Numbered from the stretch's first letter, positions 28,552-39,687 are shown. The stretch is DNA of 64,000 nucleotides from an uncultured SAR116 cluster alpha proteobacterium (GCA_902528415.1 CABZSR010000008.1:8832-72831), one strand, 5' to 3'. Numbers and translations: made by a program. Notes: generated from the sequence alone by a model not told the origin.

Positions 28552-30144
28552 ATGCAATCATCTAAAATGTCTTTTAAAAATATGATGGTGGCCCCTCATC
28601 ATTTAGCAGCGAAAACTGGATCAGATATTTTAAAAGAGGGTGGGAATGCAATAGAAGCTATGATTGCATCGGCAGCAATAATATCTGTTGTTTATCCACA
28701 CATGAACTCAATGGGTGGAGATAATTTCTGGTTAATATCAGATAAAAACAAAAAGGTCACTGCCATTGATGCGTGTGGCCCCGCTGCAAAAAATGTGTCT
28801 ATAGATTATTATAAAAAACTTGGCTTTAATAAAATTCCTTCACGTGGTGCTTTATCAGCATTAACAGTTCCTGGCGCAGTATCTGGTTGGAAATTAGCAT
28901 ATGATTATAGTGTTAAAAATTTAGGAGGTAAACTCCCTTTAAGTCGCCTTTTATTTGATGCAGAACAGACTTCTAAAGATGGAATTGCAGTTACAAATAC
29001 TCTAAAAAATAATCTAACTTCTAAATTATCACAACTTATCGATATTCCAGGATTTAAAGAGATATATTTAAAAGATGGAAAAATACCTGAATTTGGAGAT
29101 AAATTAACTTTTCCTGCAATGTCAAAGACTTTTTCTACGCTAATAAAGAATGGATTAGAAGATTTCTATTTAGGTGATATTTCTGAGAGTATTATATCTG
29201 ATTTATTTGACCTTGGATCACCTTTGAATAAAAATGATTTTAAAAATTTTAATGCTTCTTTTGTAAATCCTTTAGAACTGAAGATAAAAAATGCTAGACT
29301 TTTTAACTTACCACCTCCTACTCAAGGATTAGCATCTATATTAATTCTTGGAGTTCTAAATGAGTTCCCTAATTCTCATAAAGATGATGTTGATTTTATT
29401 CATACTATTGTTGAGGCAACGAAAGTTGTTTTCAAAATAAGAGATAGGTATGTGTGTGATCCTAAATATATGAGTACGGATATTAATCAATTTCTTAGTA
29501 AAGATTTTATTAAAAATTTAGCTAATAAAGTTAATTTTGATAAAGCTTTGCCTTGGCCAGATGCTAGTGTTGGTGGAGACACAGTTTGGCTTGGAGCCTC
29601 AGATTCATATGGGAATAATGTAAGTTTTATTCAAAGTATTTATTGGGAATTTGGTTCAGGATTAATTTTACCTAAAACTGGAATAACAATGCAAAACAGA
29701 GGCATAAGCTTTTCTTTAGATCCAAATAACTTTAATAAGCTAATCCCTGGTAGAAAACCGTTTCATACAATTCAACCTGCTTTAGCACAATTTGATGATG
29801 GTAGGGTTATGTCTTATGGTACAATGGGTGGTGAAGGTCAACCCCAGACACAAGCCACAATTTTTTCACGATATGCAATTCAAAATTTAAATTTGCAAGA
29901 AGCTATCAATCAACCTAGATGGCTTTTAGGGAGAACTTGGGGAGAAGAAACTACATCATTAAAAATTGAAGGAAGGTTTTCAAAAGAAACTTTTGAGAAG
30001 CTAGAACTATTAGGTCATATTATTGAAAAAGTTGGAGATTTTGAAGAGATTATGGGACATGCAGGTGCAATTGTTACTGATGCTAATGGATTAATTCATG
30101 GAGCTTATGATTTACGAAGTGATGGTGCTGCCATAGGTGGTTAG
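28552..30144 (+). CDS. Gamma-glutamyltransferase-fold Ntn hydrolase, HpxW/YwrD-like
   Basis: GGNAIEA, GGDNFW, autocleavage site GGD|TVW (Thr344), SFIQSIYWEFGSG, PFHTIQP, GTMGGEGQPQ, PRWLLGRTWG. Confidence 0.9.
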   Translation: MQSSKMSFKNMMVAPHHLAAKTGSDILKEGGNAIEAMIASAAIISVVYPHMNSMGGDNFWLISDKNKKVTAIDACGPAAKNVSIDYYKKLGFNKIPSRGALSALTVPGAVSGWKLAYDYSVKNLGGKLPLSRLLFDAEQTSKDGIAVTNTLKNNLTSKLSQLIDIPGFKEIYLKDGKIPEFGDKLTFPAMSKTFSTLIKNGLEDFYLGDISESIISDLFDLGSPLNKNDFKNFNASFVNPLELKIKNARLFNLPPPTQGLASILILGVLNEFPNSHKDDVDFIHTIVEATKVVFKIRDRYVCDPKYMSTDINQFLSKDFIKNLANKVNFDKALPWPDASVGGDTVWLGASDSYGNNVSFIQSIYWEFGSGLILPKTGITMQNRGISFSLDPNNFNKLIPGRKPFHTIQPALAQFDDGRVMSYGTMGGEGQPQTQATIFSRYAIQNLNLQEAINQPRWLLGRTWGEETTSLKIEGRFSKETFEKLELLGHIIEKVGDFEEIMGHAGAIVTDANGLIHGAYDLRSDGAAIGG

Positions 30145-30145
30145 T

Positions 30146-30865
30146 TTATAAAGATTGCCAGTTACTTCCATCTAAGATTTGTCCAGGTTTAAAACGACTC
30201 TTATAAGACATACTTGATATTTCACTGATGTAATAACCTAAATATAAATGTTTGTATTTATTTTTTTTTCCAAATATTAAACATTCAGAAATCATAAAAT
30301 TCCCCATGCCTAATTTACTAAGTTTAGGATCAAAAAAACTATATACAGCTGATAAATTAACATCGTCAATATCTAAAAGTATTACGCCCATTAGATTTTT
30401 AGATTTGTCTCTAAACTCCATTAATTTTGTTCTTATGGGAGACGTTTCTATCATTGATATGAATTCATTTTCATCCATGTCAGACATAGATCCGCCAGAA
30501 TGTCTCTCAAATTGATATTTCTTAAAAAGATTATAATGTTCCGTTGTCGCAATATTTTTAATAATTTTGTAATCTACGTCTCTAATGTTTTTAATGACTC
30601 TTTTTAAACTTTTTGTTAATTCAAATTTTTTAATATCGACTCTGTATGATTTACATTCACTACAATTATCGCAAACCGGTCTATACATCCAGTTTTCGAC
30701 TCTTCTAAAACCATTAGATGCTAATTCGTTATATACTTTATTATTGTAAGTTATATCTGTCGCTATTCTCTTTTCAACTCGTCCTTTTAAGTAAGGACAA
30801 GGTGTTGCTTTAGTAAGCATATAAATTGGTTGTTCTAATACACTTTTAGGTTTTACATCTATCAT
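30146..30865 (-). CDS. bpt: Aspartate/glutamate leucyltransferase (Bpt/Ate-like N-degron enzyme)
   Basis: PCPYL, GFRR, YRPVCxxC, LSAVYSFFDP, YLGYYI, MSYK. Confidence 0.9.
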   Translation of the reverse strand: MIDVKPKSVLEQPIYMLTKATPCPYLKGRVEKRIATDITYNNKVYNELASNGFRRVENWMYRPVCDNCSECKSYRVDIKKFELTKSLKRVIKNIRDVDYKIIKNIATTEHYNLFKKYQFERHSGGSMSDMDENEFISMIETSPIRTKLMEFRDKSKNLMGVILLDIDDVNLSAVYSFFDPKLSKLGMGNFMISECLIFGKKNKYKHLYLGYYISEISSMSYKSRFKPGQILDGSNWQSL

Positions 30866-30888
30866 ATTAATTATTACGACTTACGAAA

Positions 30889-31923
30889 TTAATTTTTATC
30901 ATACTTATTAAGTAATTTTTTTGCTATATGTGGAGCAAAATAAGTAATAATACCATTACATCCAGCTCTTTTAAATGCTATTAAGCTCTCAAAAATAATT
31001 TTATCCTCGTCAAACCATCCCTTATCGATAGCGTTTTTTATCATAGAGTATTCCCCTGACACTTGATAGGCATATGTAGGCATTTTAAATTCTTGTTTTA
31101 CTCTATAAATTATATCTAAATAGGGCATTCCAGGCTTTACAATAACCATGTCTGCTCCTTCACTTATATCAAGAGCTATTTCTTTTAAGGCTTCATCAGA
31201 ATTGGCAGGATCCATTTGGTAACTTTTCTTAGATTTTTTTGATAGAGATAAATTTGATCCAACGGCATCTCTAAATGGTCCATAGAAAGCTGAGGCATAC
31301 TTTGCTGCATATGACATTATTTGTATATTTGTAAAACCATTTTTATCAAGAACATCTCTTATAAAACCAACCCTACCATCCATCATATCACTCGGTGCAA
31401 TTATATCACAACCTGCTTCAGCTTGAACAAGAGCTTGTTTACATAATATTGACAAAGTTTCGTCATTATCAATTTGATTATTAATTATAATGCCATCATG
31501 ACCGTGATCCGTATATGGATCAAGAGCCACGTCACAAATGACTCCTAATTTAGGGTTAACTTGTTTTGAAATTTCAATGGCTTTACATATTAAATTATTT
31601 TTGTTTAGTGCTTCCTTACCATCAGAAGTTTTTAATTCATTTTGTACTTTAGGAAAGAAAGCAATAGCCGGAATACATAAAGAAGATATATATTTTATTT
31701 CTTCATGTAGTAAATCCAACGAAAATCTATATATTCCAGGCATGGACAAAACTTCCTCTTTTACATTTGAGCCGTAAGTAATAAAAATAGGATAAATCAA
31801 GTCATCTAAAGATATATTATTTTCAGAAATTAGCCGTCTTGAAAAATTCGACATTCGATTTCGTCTCATTCTTATTCTTGGAAAGCTATTTGACGAAAAT
31901 ACTTGATTTGTAGATTGTTTCAT
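30889..31923 (-). CDS. hemB: Porphobilinogen synthase (Asp-type, Zn-independent site)
   Basis: DVALDPYTDHGHDG, PSDMMDGR, VKPG, AYQVSGEY. Confidence 0.97.
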   Translation of the reverse strand: MKQSTNQVFSSNSFPRIRMRRNRMSNFSRRLISENNISLDDLIYPIFITYGSNVKEEVLSMPGIYRFSLDLLHEEIKYISSLCIPAIAFFPKVQNELKTSDGKEALNKNNLICKAIEISKQVNPKLGVICDVALDPYTDHGHDGIIINNQIDNDETLSILCKQALVQAEAGCDIIAPSDMMDGRVGFIRDVLDKNGFTNIQIMSYAAKYASAFYGPFRDAVGSNLSLSKKSKKSYQMDPANSDEALKEIALDISEGADMVIVKPGMPYLDIIYRVKQEFKMPTYAYQVSGEYSMIKNAIDKGWFDEDKIIFESLIAFKRAGCNGIITYFAPHIAKKLLNKYDKN

Positions 31924-32033
31924 ATTTATGTCCTGCTAATAATTCCATAGGTTGTAATTTATACAGCAATAAACTATCAATCAACTTAGTTTTATTAATT
32001 TTTGAATATAAGCTCTAATAGGAATCAAATACA

Positions 32034-33350
32034 ATGTTATTATCAAAATTCTTTATGCCTGTTTTGAAAGAAGTTCCAAAAGAAGCAGAAATTATCTCTC
32101 ATGTTTTAATGTTAAGAACTGGTATGATACAACAATCTTCATCAGGAATATATTCTTGGCTACCATTGGGAAAGATAGTTTTAGAAAAAATTATAGATAT
32201 CTGTAGAAAACAGATGATAGAGGCAGGAGCTAACGAAATACTCATGCCTACGTTACAATCGGCTGATATTTGGAAACAGTCAGGTAGATATGAAGATTAT
32301 GGTAAGGAGATGCTTAGAATAAAAGATCGTAATGATAGAGATCTGTTATACGGGCCTACCAACGAAGAGTTGGTAACTGAAATTTTTAGAACTCATGTAA
32401 AGAGTTATAAGCAACTTCCTCTTAATCTTTTTCACATACAATGGAAATTTAGAGATGAACTAAGACCTAGATTTGGAGTTATGAGAGGTAGGGAGTTTTT
32501 AATGAAGGATGCCTATTCATTTGACATTGATTATGCCTCTTCAATTAAATCTTATAATATAATGTTCATTTCATACATGAAGTTGTTTAAAAAAATGGGA
32601 CTTAAAGCAATTCCTATGAAAGCTGATACAGGTCCAATAGGGGGGGACCTTAGCCACGAATTTATTATAATTGCTGAGACAGGAGAAAGTGAAGTTTATG
32701 TGGAAGATAACCTTCTAAATTTCCAAAGTTCATTAGAAAATATTAATTACAATGATGATCTCCAAAAAGAAGTTGATAAATATACTTCTTTTTATGCAGC
32801 TACAGAAGAAAAACACGATCCTAATGATCACAAAAATAATCTTAATTTAGTTAAAACTAGAGGAATCGAGGTGGGCCATATTTTTTATTTTGGGCAAAAA
32901 TATTCAATTCCTATGAATGCTTCTGTGAGTGATAGCGAAGGAAAAAGTATTTCTCCATATATGGGTTCATATGGTGTTGGTCTCTCTCGATTAGTGGGCG
33001 CTGTAATTGAAGCCAATCATGATAATAATGGAATAGTATGGCCTAAAGAAGTTACTCCTTGGAATTATAATATAATAAATTTGAAAAGTGGCGATCATAC
33101 TTGTGATGAAATATGCTCTAATTTATATAAATTAATGAAAGAAAACTCTCTAAGCGTTCTTTATGATGATACTTTTGAAAGGGCTGGAGCAAAACTCGCT
33201 AAGGCAGATCTAATAGGTTTGCCATATCAAATCATAATCGGACCTAAAGGTGTTAAAGATAAATTATTTGATGTTAAGAATAGAAAAAGTGGAGATGTTT
33301 CTAAATTATCTTATAATGAATTATTAAATTTTTTAAATATAAAATTATAG
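32034..33350 (+). CDS. proS: Proline--tRNA ligase (short form lacking editing insertion)
   Basis: [32 protein letters not shown]; 438 aa. Confidence 0.97.
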   Translation: MLLSKFFMPVLKEVPKEAEIISHVLMLRTGMIQQSSSGIYSWLPLGKIVLEKIIDICRKQMIEAGANEILMPTLQSADIWKQSGRYEDYGKEMLRIKDRNDRDLLYGPTNEELVTEIFRTHVKSYKQLPLNLFHIQWKFRDELRPRFGVMRGREFLMKDAYSFDIDYASSIKSYNIMFISYMKLFKKMGLKAIPMKADTGPIGGDLSHEFIIIAETGESEVYVEDNLLNFQSSLENINYNDDLQKEVDKYTSFYAATEEKHDPNDHKNNLNLVKTRGIEVGHIFYFGQKYSIPMNASVSDSEGKSISPYMGSYGVGLSRLVGAVIEANHDNNGIVWPKEVTPWNYNIINLKSGDHTCDEICSNLYKLMKENSLSVLYDDTFERAGAKLAKADLIGLPYQIIIGPKGVKDKLFDVKNRKSGDVSKLSYNELLNFLNIKL

Positions 33351-33366
33351 GAATTACTCTAATCAT

Positions 33367-34617
33367 ATGATTTTTAATGAAACGGAAAGAACTATCGCTT
33401 TAAGGTATGTAAAATCAAGGCGGGCAGAGGGATTTATTTCTATTTCTGCCTGGTTTTCACTTGTTGGTATCATGTTAGGTGTTGCAACTTTAATAGTTGT
33501 TATGTCAGTTATGAATGGATTTAGAACAGAATTAGTAGATAGAATATTAGGGATAAATGGGCATTTAATTGTTTACAATAATAAAGACGTTGAAATATCT
33601 AATTTTAATGAAGTTGTAAAAAAAATCTTAGATACAGAAAATGTTGTTGCAGTCACTCCTCATCTAGAAGGGCAGGCTTTAGCTAAAACAAAAAGTACTG
33701 TTTCAGGTGTTATAGTAAGAGGAACAAACTGGTCAGATCTACCAGCAAAAAAATTATTATGGCAGTCACTCGATCAGACCTCTATTAGCAACTTTAAAGA
33801 CAAGAAGAGTATAATTTTGGGTTATAGATTAGCACAAAGATTAAATGTGAATATAGGTGATTACATTTCACTTATATCCCCAAATGGGATGGAGACAGTA
33901 CTTGGTATCTTGCCGGTTAAAAAGAACTTCATTGTAGGTGGTTTTTTTGACATAGGTATGTACGAATATGATAATAACTTTATTTTTATTCCTTGGGAAA
34001 AAGCTGAGGAATTTTTATCAACCAAAAATATTGCTCACGGTATTGAAATTTTTTTAAGTGATCAAAAATCAACGTCGCAAGTTCATGATGATTTAATAAC
34101 CAAAATTGGTGATAATTTCACAATTATTGATTGGAAAAAAAGAAATTCTTCTTTTATGAACGCATTGGCGGTTGAAAAAAATGTAATGTTTTTAATTCTT
34201 ACATTAATTATTGTTGTTGCAGCATTCAACATAATTTCTTCAATGATTATGTTAGTTCAAACTAAAAAATCTGATATTGCACTAATGAGAACAATGGGTG
34301 CATCAAAGTATTTGATAATAAGAGTTTTCCTTTTAACAGGATCTATTATTGGTATTCTAGGAACCTTCATTGGATCAGTCATTGGAGTAATTGTTTCAAT
34401 TTATATAGAAGAAATTAGGATTTTTGTAAGCACGTTATTTGGACAAGAATTATTTTCAGCAAAAATATATTTTCTTTCTAATCTTCCTTCAAATATTAAT
34501 TTTAATGAAGTTTTTATGGTTATATCTATTTCTATATTACTCACTTTAATAGCGAGTATATTTCCAGCATGGAAAGCTTCCAAAATAATGCCTGCTGAGG
34601 CTTTGAGATATGAATGA
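33367..34617 (+). CDS. lolC: Lipoprotein-releasing ABC permease LolC/E (single LolF-type)
   Basis: GVATLIVVMSVMNGF, AAFNIISSM, PAEALRYE. Confidence 0.93.
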   Translation: MIFNETERTIALRYVKSRRAEGFISISAWFSLVGIMLGVATLIVVMSVMNGFRTELVDRILGINGHLIVYNNKDVEISNFNEVVKKILDTENVVAVTPHLEGQALAKTKSTVSGVIVRGTNWSDLPAKKLLWQSLDQTSISNFKDKKSIILGYRLAQRLNVNIGDYISLISPNGMETVLGILPVKKNFIVGGFFDIGMYEYDNNFIFIPWEKAEEFLSTKNIAHGIEIFLSDQKSTSQVHDDLITKIGDNFTIIDWKKRNSSFMNALAVEKNVMFLILTLIIVVAAFNIISSMIMLVQTKKSDIALMRTMGASKYLIIRVFLLTGSIIGILGTFIGSVIGVIVSIYIEEIRIFVSTLFGQELFSAKIYFLSNLPSNINFNEVFMVISISILLTLIASIFPAWKASKIMPAEALRYE

Positions 34618-35305
34618 AAGTAAAATTAACAAAGAAATTCTATTTTTAAAAAATATTACTCATATTTATGATCAAGATCATCAAAGAATAAAAGTTTTGG
34701 ACAACATAAATGTAAGAGTTGTTAGGGGAGAAATGGTAGCTTTAATCGGGCCTAGTGGAACAGGAAAATCTACTTTATTAAATATAGCTGGATTACTTGA
34801 ATCTCCAACATTTGGTTCAGTTAGTTTAGCGGGCCAAAATTGTAAAAACTTAAATGAGGATTTAAAAACTGCATTAAGAGGTTCCGAAATAGGGTTTATA
34901 TTTCAGTCTCATCGATTGTTTCCAGAATTTACAGCAATTGAAAATGTAATGATTCCACAATTAATAATGGGTGAAGCTAAATTAAAAGCTGAAAAAAAAT
35001 CTAAAGAGTTGTTATCGGTTCTCGGATTAGAAAAACGTTTAAACTTTAGACCAGCTAAATTATCTGGAGGAGAAGCACAAAGAGTAGCTATAGCAAGATC
35101 TTTGGCAAATTCTCCAAATTTAGTTTTAGCTGATGAACCGACGGGAAATTTAGATCCAACTAGTGCGAAAAATGTTTTTGAAATTTTATATAAATTAGTT
35201 AAATCTCTAAACATAAGTTGTTTGATTGCAACACATAATTACGATTTAGCAAAATTAATGGACAGAAGTATAGTTTTAAAAAATGGATCTATTAACAATA
35301 ATTAA
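34610..35305 (+). CDS. lolD: Lipoprotein-releasing ABC ATPase
   Basis: GPSGTGKS, LSGGE, ADEPTGNLD. Confidence 0.93.
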   Translation: MNESKINKEILFLKNITHIYDQDHQRIKVLDNINVRVVRGEMVALIGPSGTGKSTLLNIAGLLESPTFGSVSLAGQNCKNLNEDLKTALRGSEIGFIFQSHRLFPEFTAIENVMIPQLIMGEAKLKAEKKSKELLSVLGLEKRLNFRPAKLSGGEAQRVAIARSLANSPNLVLADEPTGNLDPTSAKNVFEILYKLVKSLNISCLIATHNYDLAKLMDRSIVLKNGSINNN

Positions 35306-35329
35306 TTTTAAAATTGAAATTTTTAAAAA

Positions 35330-38300
35330 ATGAAAAATTTATTTGTTCATTTGAGAGTTCATAGTAATTTTTCGTTAGCTGAAGGAATGTTGTCATTTAA
35401 TTATATATCCGCATTTTGTAAAAAGAATAACCAACCAGCTATTGCCATAACAGACACCTCAAATATGTTTGGGGTACTAGAGTTTTCAATTGAAATGGTA
35501 TCAAACGGCATTCAACCAATAATTGGTATTCAAGTAAATATTTCAGGTGTAACAAATCTTGATAAAAGTATTGGTGAAGTTGTATTAATTGCTAAAAATG
35601 AAATTGGCTATAAAAATTTATTGATTTTAACCAGTAAATTGTCAAACAACTCTGAATTTGATAAATTTATTAACTATGAGGACTTAAAAAATTATAGAGA
35701 TGGTATAATTTTATTAACTGGCGGTATTGAAAACGGATTTGTTGGGAAACCTGCTTCTTTAGGAAATATAAAATTAGTTAATGAGAGGTTAGGGGTTCTA
35801 AAAGAATTATTTGAAGATAATCTATATATTGAACTTCAAAGACATGGTATTAAAAGTCAAATTAATGCTGAAAAAATATTATTAGATTCCAGTGAAAATT
35901 TTGATCTTCCTCTTGTTGCAACAAATGATTGTTTTTTTGAAAATGAGAAAAAGTTTAATGCACATCAGGTTTTAACTTGCATTGATAAAGGTTTAACGAT
36001 TTCCTCAAAGAATAGGAGATTATTAACTAAAGAACATTATTTAAAAGATAGTAAGAAGATGGTTTCTTTGTTTGAAGATATTCCTGATGCAATTGAAAAT
36101 ACTGTCATTATTGCTAAAAGATGTTCCTTTTTTGTTAAAACTCATGAACCAATTCTTCCTAAATTCCCTGGACTTGCAAAAATAAGTGAAACCGATTTTC
36201 TTTCTGATATTTCTAAAAAGGGTTTGATGAAAAGATTTGAGTTTTCGACTGAAACATTTACTGATCAAGAAAAAGAAACTTATATAAATAGATTGACGAA
36301 TGAACTAAATATAATCAACAAAATGGGTTTTGCTGGATACTTCTTAATTGTCTATGATTTTATTAAATGGTCAAAAAGTAATAATATTCCAGTTGGACCA
36401 GGCAGGGGATCTGGTGCAGGTTCAATTGTTGCTTGGTCTCTAAATATCACAGATTTAGACCCCATAAGGTGGGGTCTGTTGTTTGAGAGATTTCTAAATC
36501 CAGAACGTATTTCAATGCCGGACTTTGATATAGATTTCTGTCAAGATAGAAGAGAAGAGGTTATTCAGTATGTGAGGGAAAGATATGGTAAAGACAGAGT
36601 AGCTCAAATAATAACTTTTGGAAGTTTACAGGCAAAAGCAGCAATTCGAGATGTTGGAAGAGTTCTTGAAATGCCTTATGGACAAGTTGATAAAATTGCT
36701 AAGTTAATTCCATATATACCTTCTAGTCCAATTACAATTCAAGAAGCAATCAATAAAGAAGAAGCTCTAAAAAAAGAAATTTCAGAAGATGAACAAGTCA
36801 AACACCTTATCAAAACTGCTATTGATATTGAAGGACTTAATAGACACGCATCAACACATGCAGCTGGTTTAGTTATAGGGGATAGACCTCTAAATCAATT
36901 AGTTCCTCTTTATAAATTTAGTGAGGAAGAAATACCTGCCACACAGTTTAATATGAAATTTGTAGAAAAAGCTGGTCTTGTTAAATTTGATTTTTTAGGA
37001 CTTAAAACCTTAACTGTATTGGCTAAGGCTGAATCATTAATTATTAAAAAAGATAAAAATTTTAGTTTGAATAATATTTCATTAAATGATTCGAGAACAT
37101 ATGAAATGTTATCAACAGGATCTACTACAGGAATTTTTCAGCTTGAGTCTGCTGGTATGAAAGATGTGTTAATTGGTCTCAAACCAGATAGATTTGAAGA
37201 TATAGTAGCAGTCGTATCTTTGTATAGACCAGGTCCAATGGAAAATATCCCAAGTTATATTAATAGAAAGCATGGAAGAGAAAAAATTGTTTATATGCAC
37301 TCTAGTTTAGAAACAATTTTAGAAGAAACATATGGAATTTTTATTTATCAAGAGCAAGTTCTAATGGCTGCACAAATTTTAGCAGACTTTTCTTTAGGCA
37401 GTGCAGATATTCTAAGAAGAGCAATGGGAAAAAAAGATAAAAAAGAAATGTTTCAACAAAAAAAAGCTTTCCTAATAGGTGCCAAAAACAAAGATATTGG
37501 CGAAGACAAAGCTAATGAAATTTTTGACCAAATTTCTGCTTTTGCAGGCTATGGCTTTAATAAATCTCATGCTGCAGCATATGCATTAATAGCCTATCAG
37601 ACTGCATGGATTAAAACTAATTATCCTCATGAGTTTTTTGCATCAATGATGACTGTAGAGAGTAATAATACTGAAAAATTGTCAATTTTTGTTCAAGATC
37701 TTAAAAAAATAGGAATATCTATTTTGAAACCTTGTATTAACTACAGTAGTGATGAATTTAAAATCGAAGCAGTATCTCAAAATAAGTATGGAATTAGGTA
37801 TTCTCTATCCTCATTGAAAAATGTTGGGGATGAGTGCATTAAAAAAATTGTTAAAATTCGAAAAAAAGAAGGATTTTTCAAAAATATTGATGATTTACTA
37901 AACAAAGTTTCATATGGCACTATTACAAAAAAAACTTTTGAAAGTCTAATCAAATCTGGGGCCTTAGATGCACTAGAAAATAATAGAAATAAGTTATTTA
38001 AATCAATTGAATTGATGATTGTTCATTCACATTCTATAGATAAAGATAAAATCTCTAATCAACAAAATCTTTTTAATGAAACTAATCAGAATGAATTATT
38101 AATTAATCTTCCTGACACAAAAGAATGGAGTGCTCACGAAAAACTAAATAATGAATTTTCATCTTTAGGATTGTATTTATCGTCCCATCCTCTCAAAAAT
38201 TATTTAAATATTTTAAACAAAATTGATATTAAAAAGACTTCAGAAATCTTAGAAGAACCGCATAAGTATTTTGGAAAAAATATACAATTATGTGGTATTG

Positions 38301-38755
38301 TATTTAAAATTCAAAAAAAACTCTCATCTAGAGGTAAATGGGCTTCATTCTATTTAAATGACTTAGGTGGTGAAGCAGAAATTGTAATGTACTCAGACAC
38401 TATTAATAAATATGAAGCTCATTTAAATGAAAGAAACTTAATTTTAGTAGATGTTGAAATAAAAAATGAAACAAACCAAGGGTGTAGGATAATTGGAAGA
38501 AGAATAAGGTCGCTTAATCAATTTATATCCGAAAAAAAATGCAACGTTTTAATACATTCTGAAAATAATAATTTTTTAAGTGAAATTGCACCTTTATTAA
38601 ATGATTTAGATGTTGGTGACTCTAATATTTCATTAATTAGCTCAATTGATCAAAAGACAGTTGAAATTAAAATTAGAGAGAACATAAAATTATCATCAAA
38701 ATTGATCGCAAATTTATCCTTAGTTGATGGGATAGATAGTATTAATTTTGAATAA
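35330..38755 (+). CDS. dnaE: DNA polymerase III alpha subunit
   Basis: PHP domain, GRGSGAGS, MPDFDIDF, KFDFLGL, YGFNKSHA. Confidence 0.98.
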   Translation: MKNLFVHLRVHSNFSLAEGMLSFNYISAFCKKNNQPAIAITDTSNMFGVLEFSIEMVSNGIQPIIGIQVNISGVTNLDKSIGEVVLIAKNEIGYKNLLILTSKLSNNSEFDKFINYEDLKNYRDGIILLTGGIENGFVGKPASLGNIKLVNERLGVLKELFEDNLYIELQRHGIKSQINAEKILLDSSENFDLPLVATNDCFFENEKKFNAHQVLTCIDKGLTISSKNRRLLTKEHYLKDSKKMVSLFEDIPDAIENTVIIAKRCSFFVKTHEPILPKFPGLAKISETDFLSDISKKGLMKRFEFSTETFTDQEKETYINRLTNELNIINKMGFAGYFLIVYDFIKWSKSNNIPVGPGRGSGAGSIVAWSLNITDLDPIRWGLLFERFLNPERISMPDFDIDFCQDRREEVIQYVRERYGKDRVAQIITFGSLQAKAAIRDVGRVLEMPYGQVDKIAKLIPYIPSSPITIQEAINKEEALKKEISEDEQVKHLIKTAIDIEGLNRHASTHAAGLVIGDRPLNQLVPLYKFSEEEIPATQFNMKFVEKAGLVKFDFLGLKTLTVLAKAESLIIKKDKNFSLNNISLNDSRTYEMLSTGSTTGIFQLESAGMKDVLIGLKPDRFEDIVAVVSLYRPGPMENIPSYINRKHGREKIVYMHSSLETILEETYGIFIYQEQVLMAAQILADFSLGSADILRRAMGKKDKKEMFQQKKAFLIGAKNKDIGEDKANEIFDQISAFAGYGFNKSHAAAYALIAYQTAWIKTNYPHEFFASMMTVESNNTEKLSIFVQDLKKIGISILKPCINYSSDEFKIEAVSQNKYGIRYSLSSLKNVGDECIKKIVKIRKKEGFFKNIDDLLNKVSYGTITKKTFESLIKSGALDALENNRNKLFKSIELMIVHSHSIDKDKISNQQNLFNETNQNELLINLPDTKEWSAHEKLNNEFSSLGLYLSSHPLKNYLNILNKIDIKKTSEILEEPHKYFGKNIQLCGIVFKIQKKLSSRGKWASFYLNDLGGEAEIVMYSDTINKYEAHLNERNLILVDVEIKNETNQGCRIIGRRIRSLNQFISEKKCNVLIHSENNNFLSEIAPLLNDLDVGDSNISLISSIDQKTVEIKIRENIKLSSKLIANLSLVDGIDSINFE

Positions 38756-38812
38756 TTTATAAATTTTAAAACTTGCAAATTTTAAAAAATTATTCTAATA
38801 AATATTCATCTT

Positions 38813-38889
38813 GTGTAATGCTTGGTTTAATAAACCATCCGGTGTTCTTTAAGCATTACTTTAACAAAAACCGGTAAAGAGGAATTTTA
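38813..38889 (+). promoter_or_regulatory. rpsB (S2) leader RNA, pseudoknotted autoregulatory element
   Basis: GTAATGCTT(38815-23)/AAGCATTAC(38851-59) stem; GGTTT/AAACC hairpin; CCGGT(38839-43)/ACCGG(38870-74) pseudoknot next to SD GAGGA. Confidence 0.7.
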
Positions 38890-39687
38890 ATGACAACACC
38901 AACTTTCACTTTGCGTCAATTGCTTGAAGCTGGAGTTCATTTTGGGCATCATACGAGAAGATGGAATCCTAAAATGGAGCCTTATATTTTTGGCAAAAGA
39001 AACAATATTCATATAATTAATTTAGAAAAAACAGTCCCTATGTTGTATGAAGCATTGCAGGCTATACAATCCATAGCTAAAAATGGCGGAAAATTTTTAT
39101 TTGTTGGGACCAAACGTTCTGCATCTGAATTAATTTCTCAAGCTGCAATCAATTGTGGTCAATACTATGTTAATCATAGATGGTTAGGTGGTATGTTAAC
39201 CAACTGGGAAACTGTCTCTAAATCTATAAAAAAACTTAAAAGTTTAGAAGAAAGAATAGAGTCAGGAGAAATTAATAGTCTTACAAAAAAAGAGAAACTT
39301 AATATTGAAAGACAGAAGGAAAAGTTAGACCTTACCTTAGGTGGTATCAAAAATATGAATGGTGTTCCTGATGCAATGTTTATAATAGATACCAACAAAG
39401 AAGCTATAGCCGTTTTAGAGGCAAACAACCTTAACATTCCTGTAATTGCTATTTGCGATAGTAACACTAATCCTTCAGGGGTTGATTATCCCATTCCTGG
39501 AAATGATGACGCTTTGAGGGCTATTTCTCTTTACTGTGATTTAGTAGCTGCTTCTGTCTTAAAAGGGTTAGAAAGTAATCTTGAACAAAGTGGAGTTGAT
39601 ATTGGAGAGTCAGAGGATTTAATCGAAGAAAAAATAATTCAAAATACTCCAAACGAGATAGTTTCTTCAGAAGAAGCTTCAACATAA
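38890..39687 (+). CDS. rpsB: 30S ribosomal protein S2
   Basis: [25 protein letters not shown]. Confidence 0.98.
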   Translation: MTTPTFTLRQLLEAGVHFGHHTRRWNPKMEPYIFGKRNNIHIINLEKTVPMLYEALQAIQSIAKNGGKFLFVGTKRSASELISQAAINCGQYYVNHRWLGGMLTNWETVSKSIKKLKSLEERIESGEINSLTKKEKLNIERQKEKLDLTLGGIKNMNGVPDAMFIIDTNKEAIAVLEANNLNIPVIAICDSNTNPSGVDYPIPGNDDALRAISLYCDLVAASVLKGLESNLEQSGVDIGESEDLIEEKIIQNTPNEIVSSEEAST

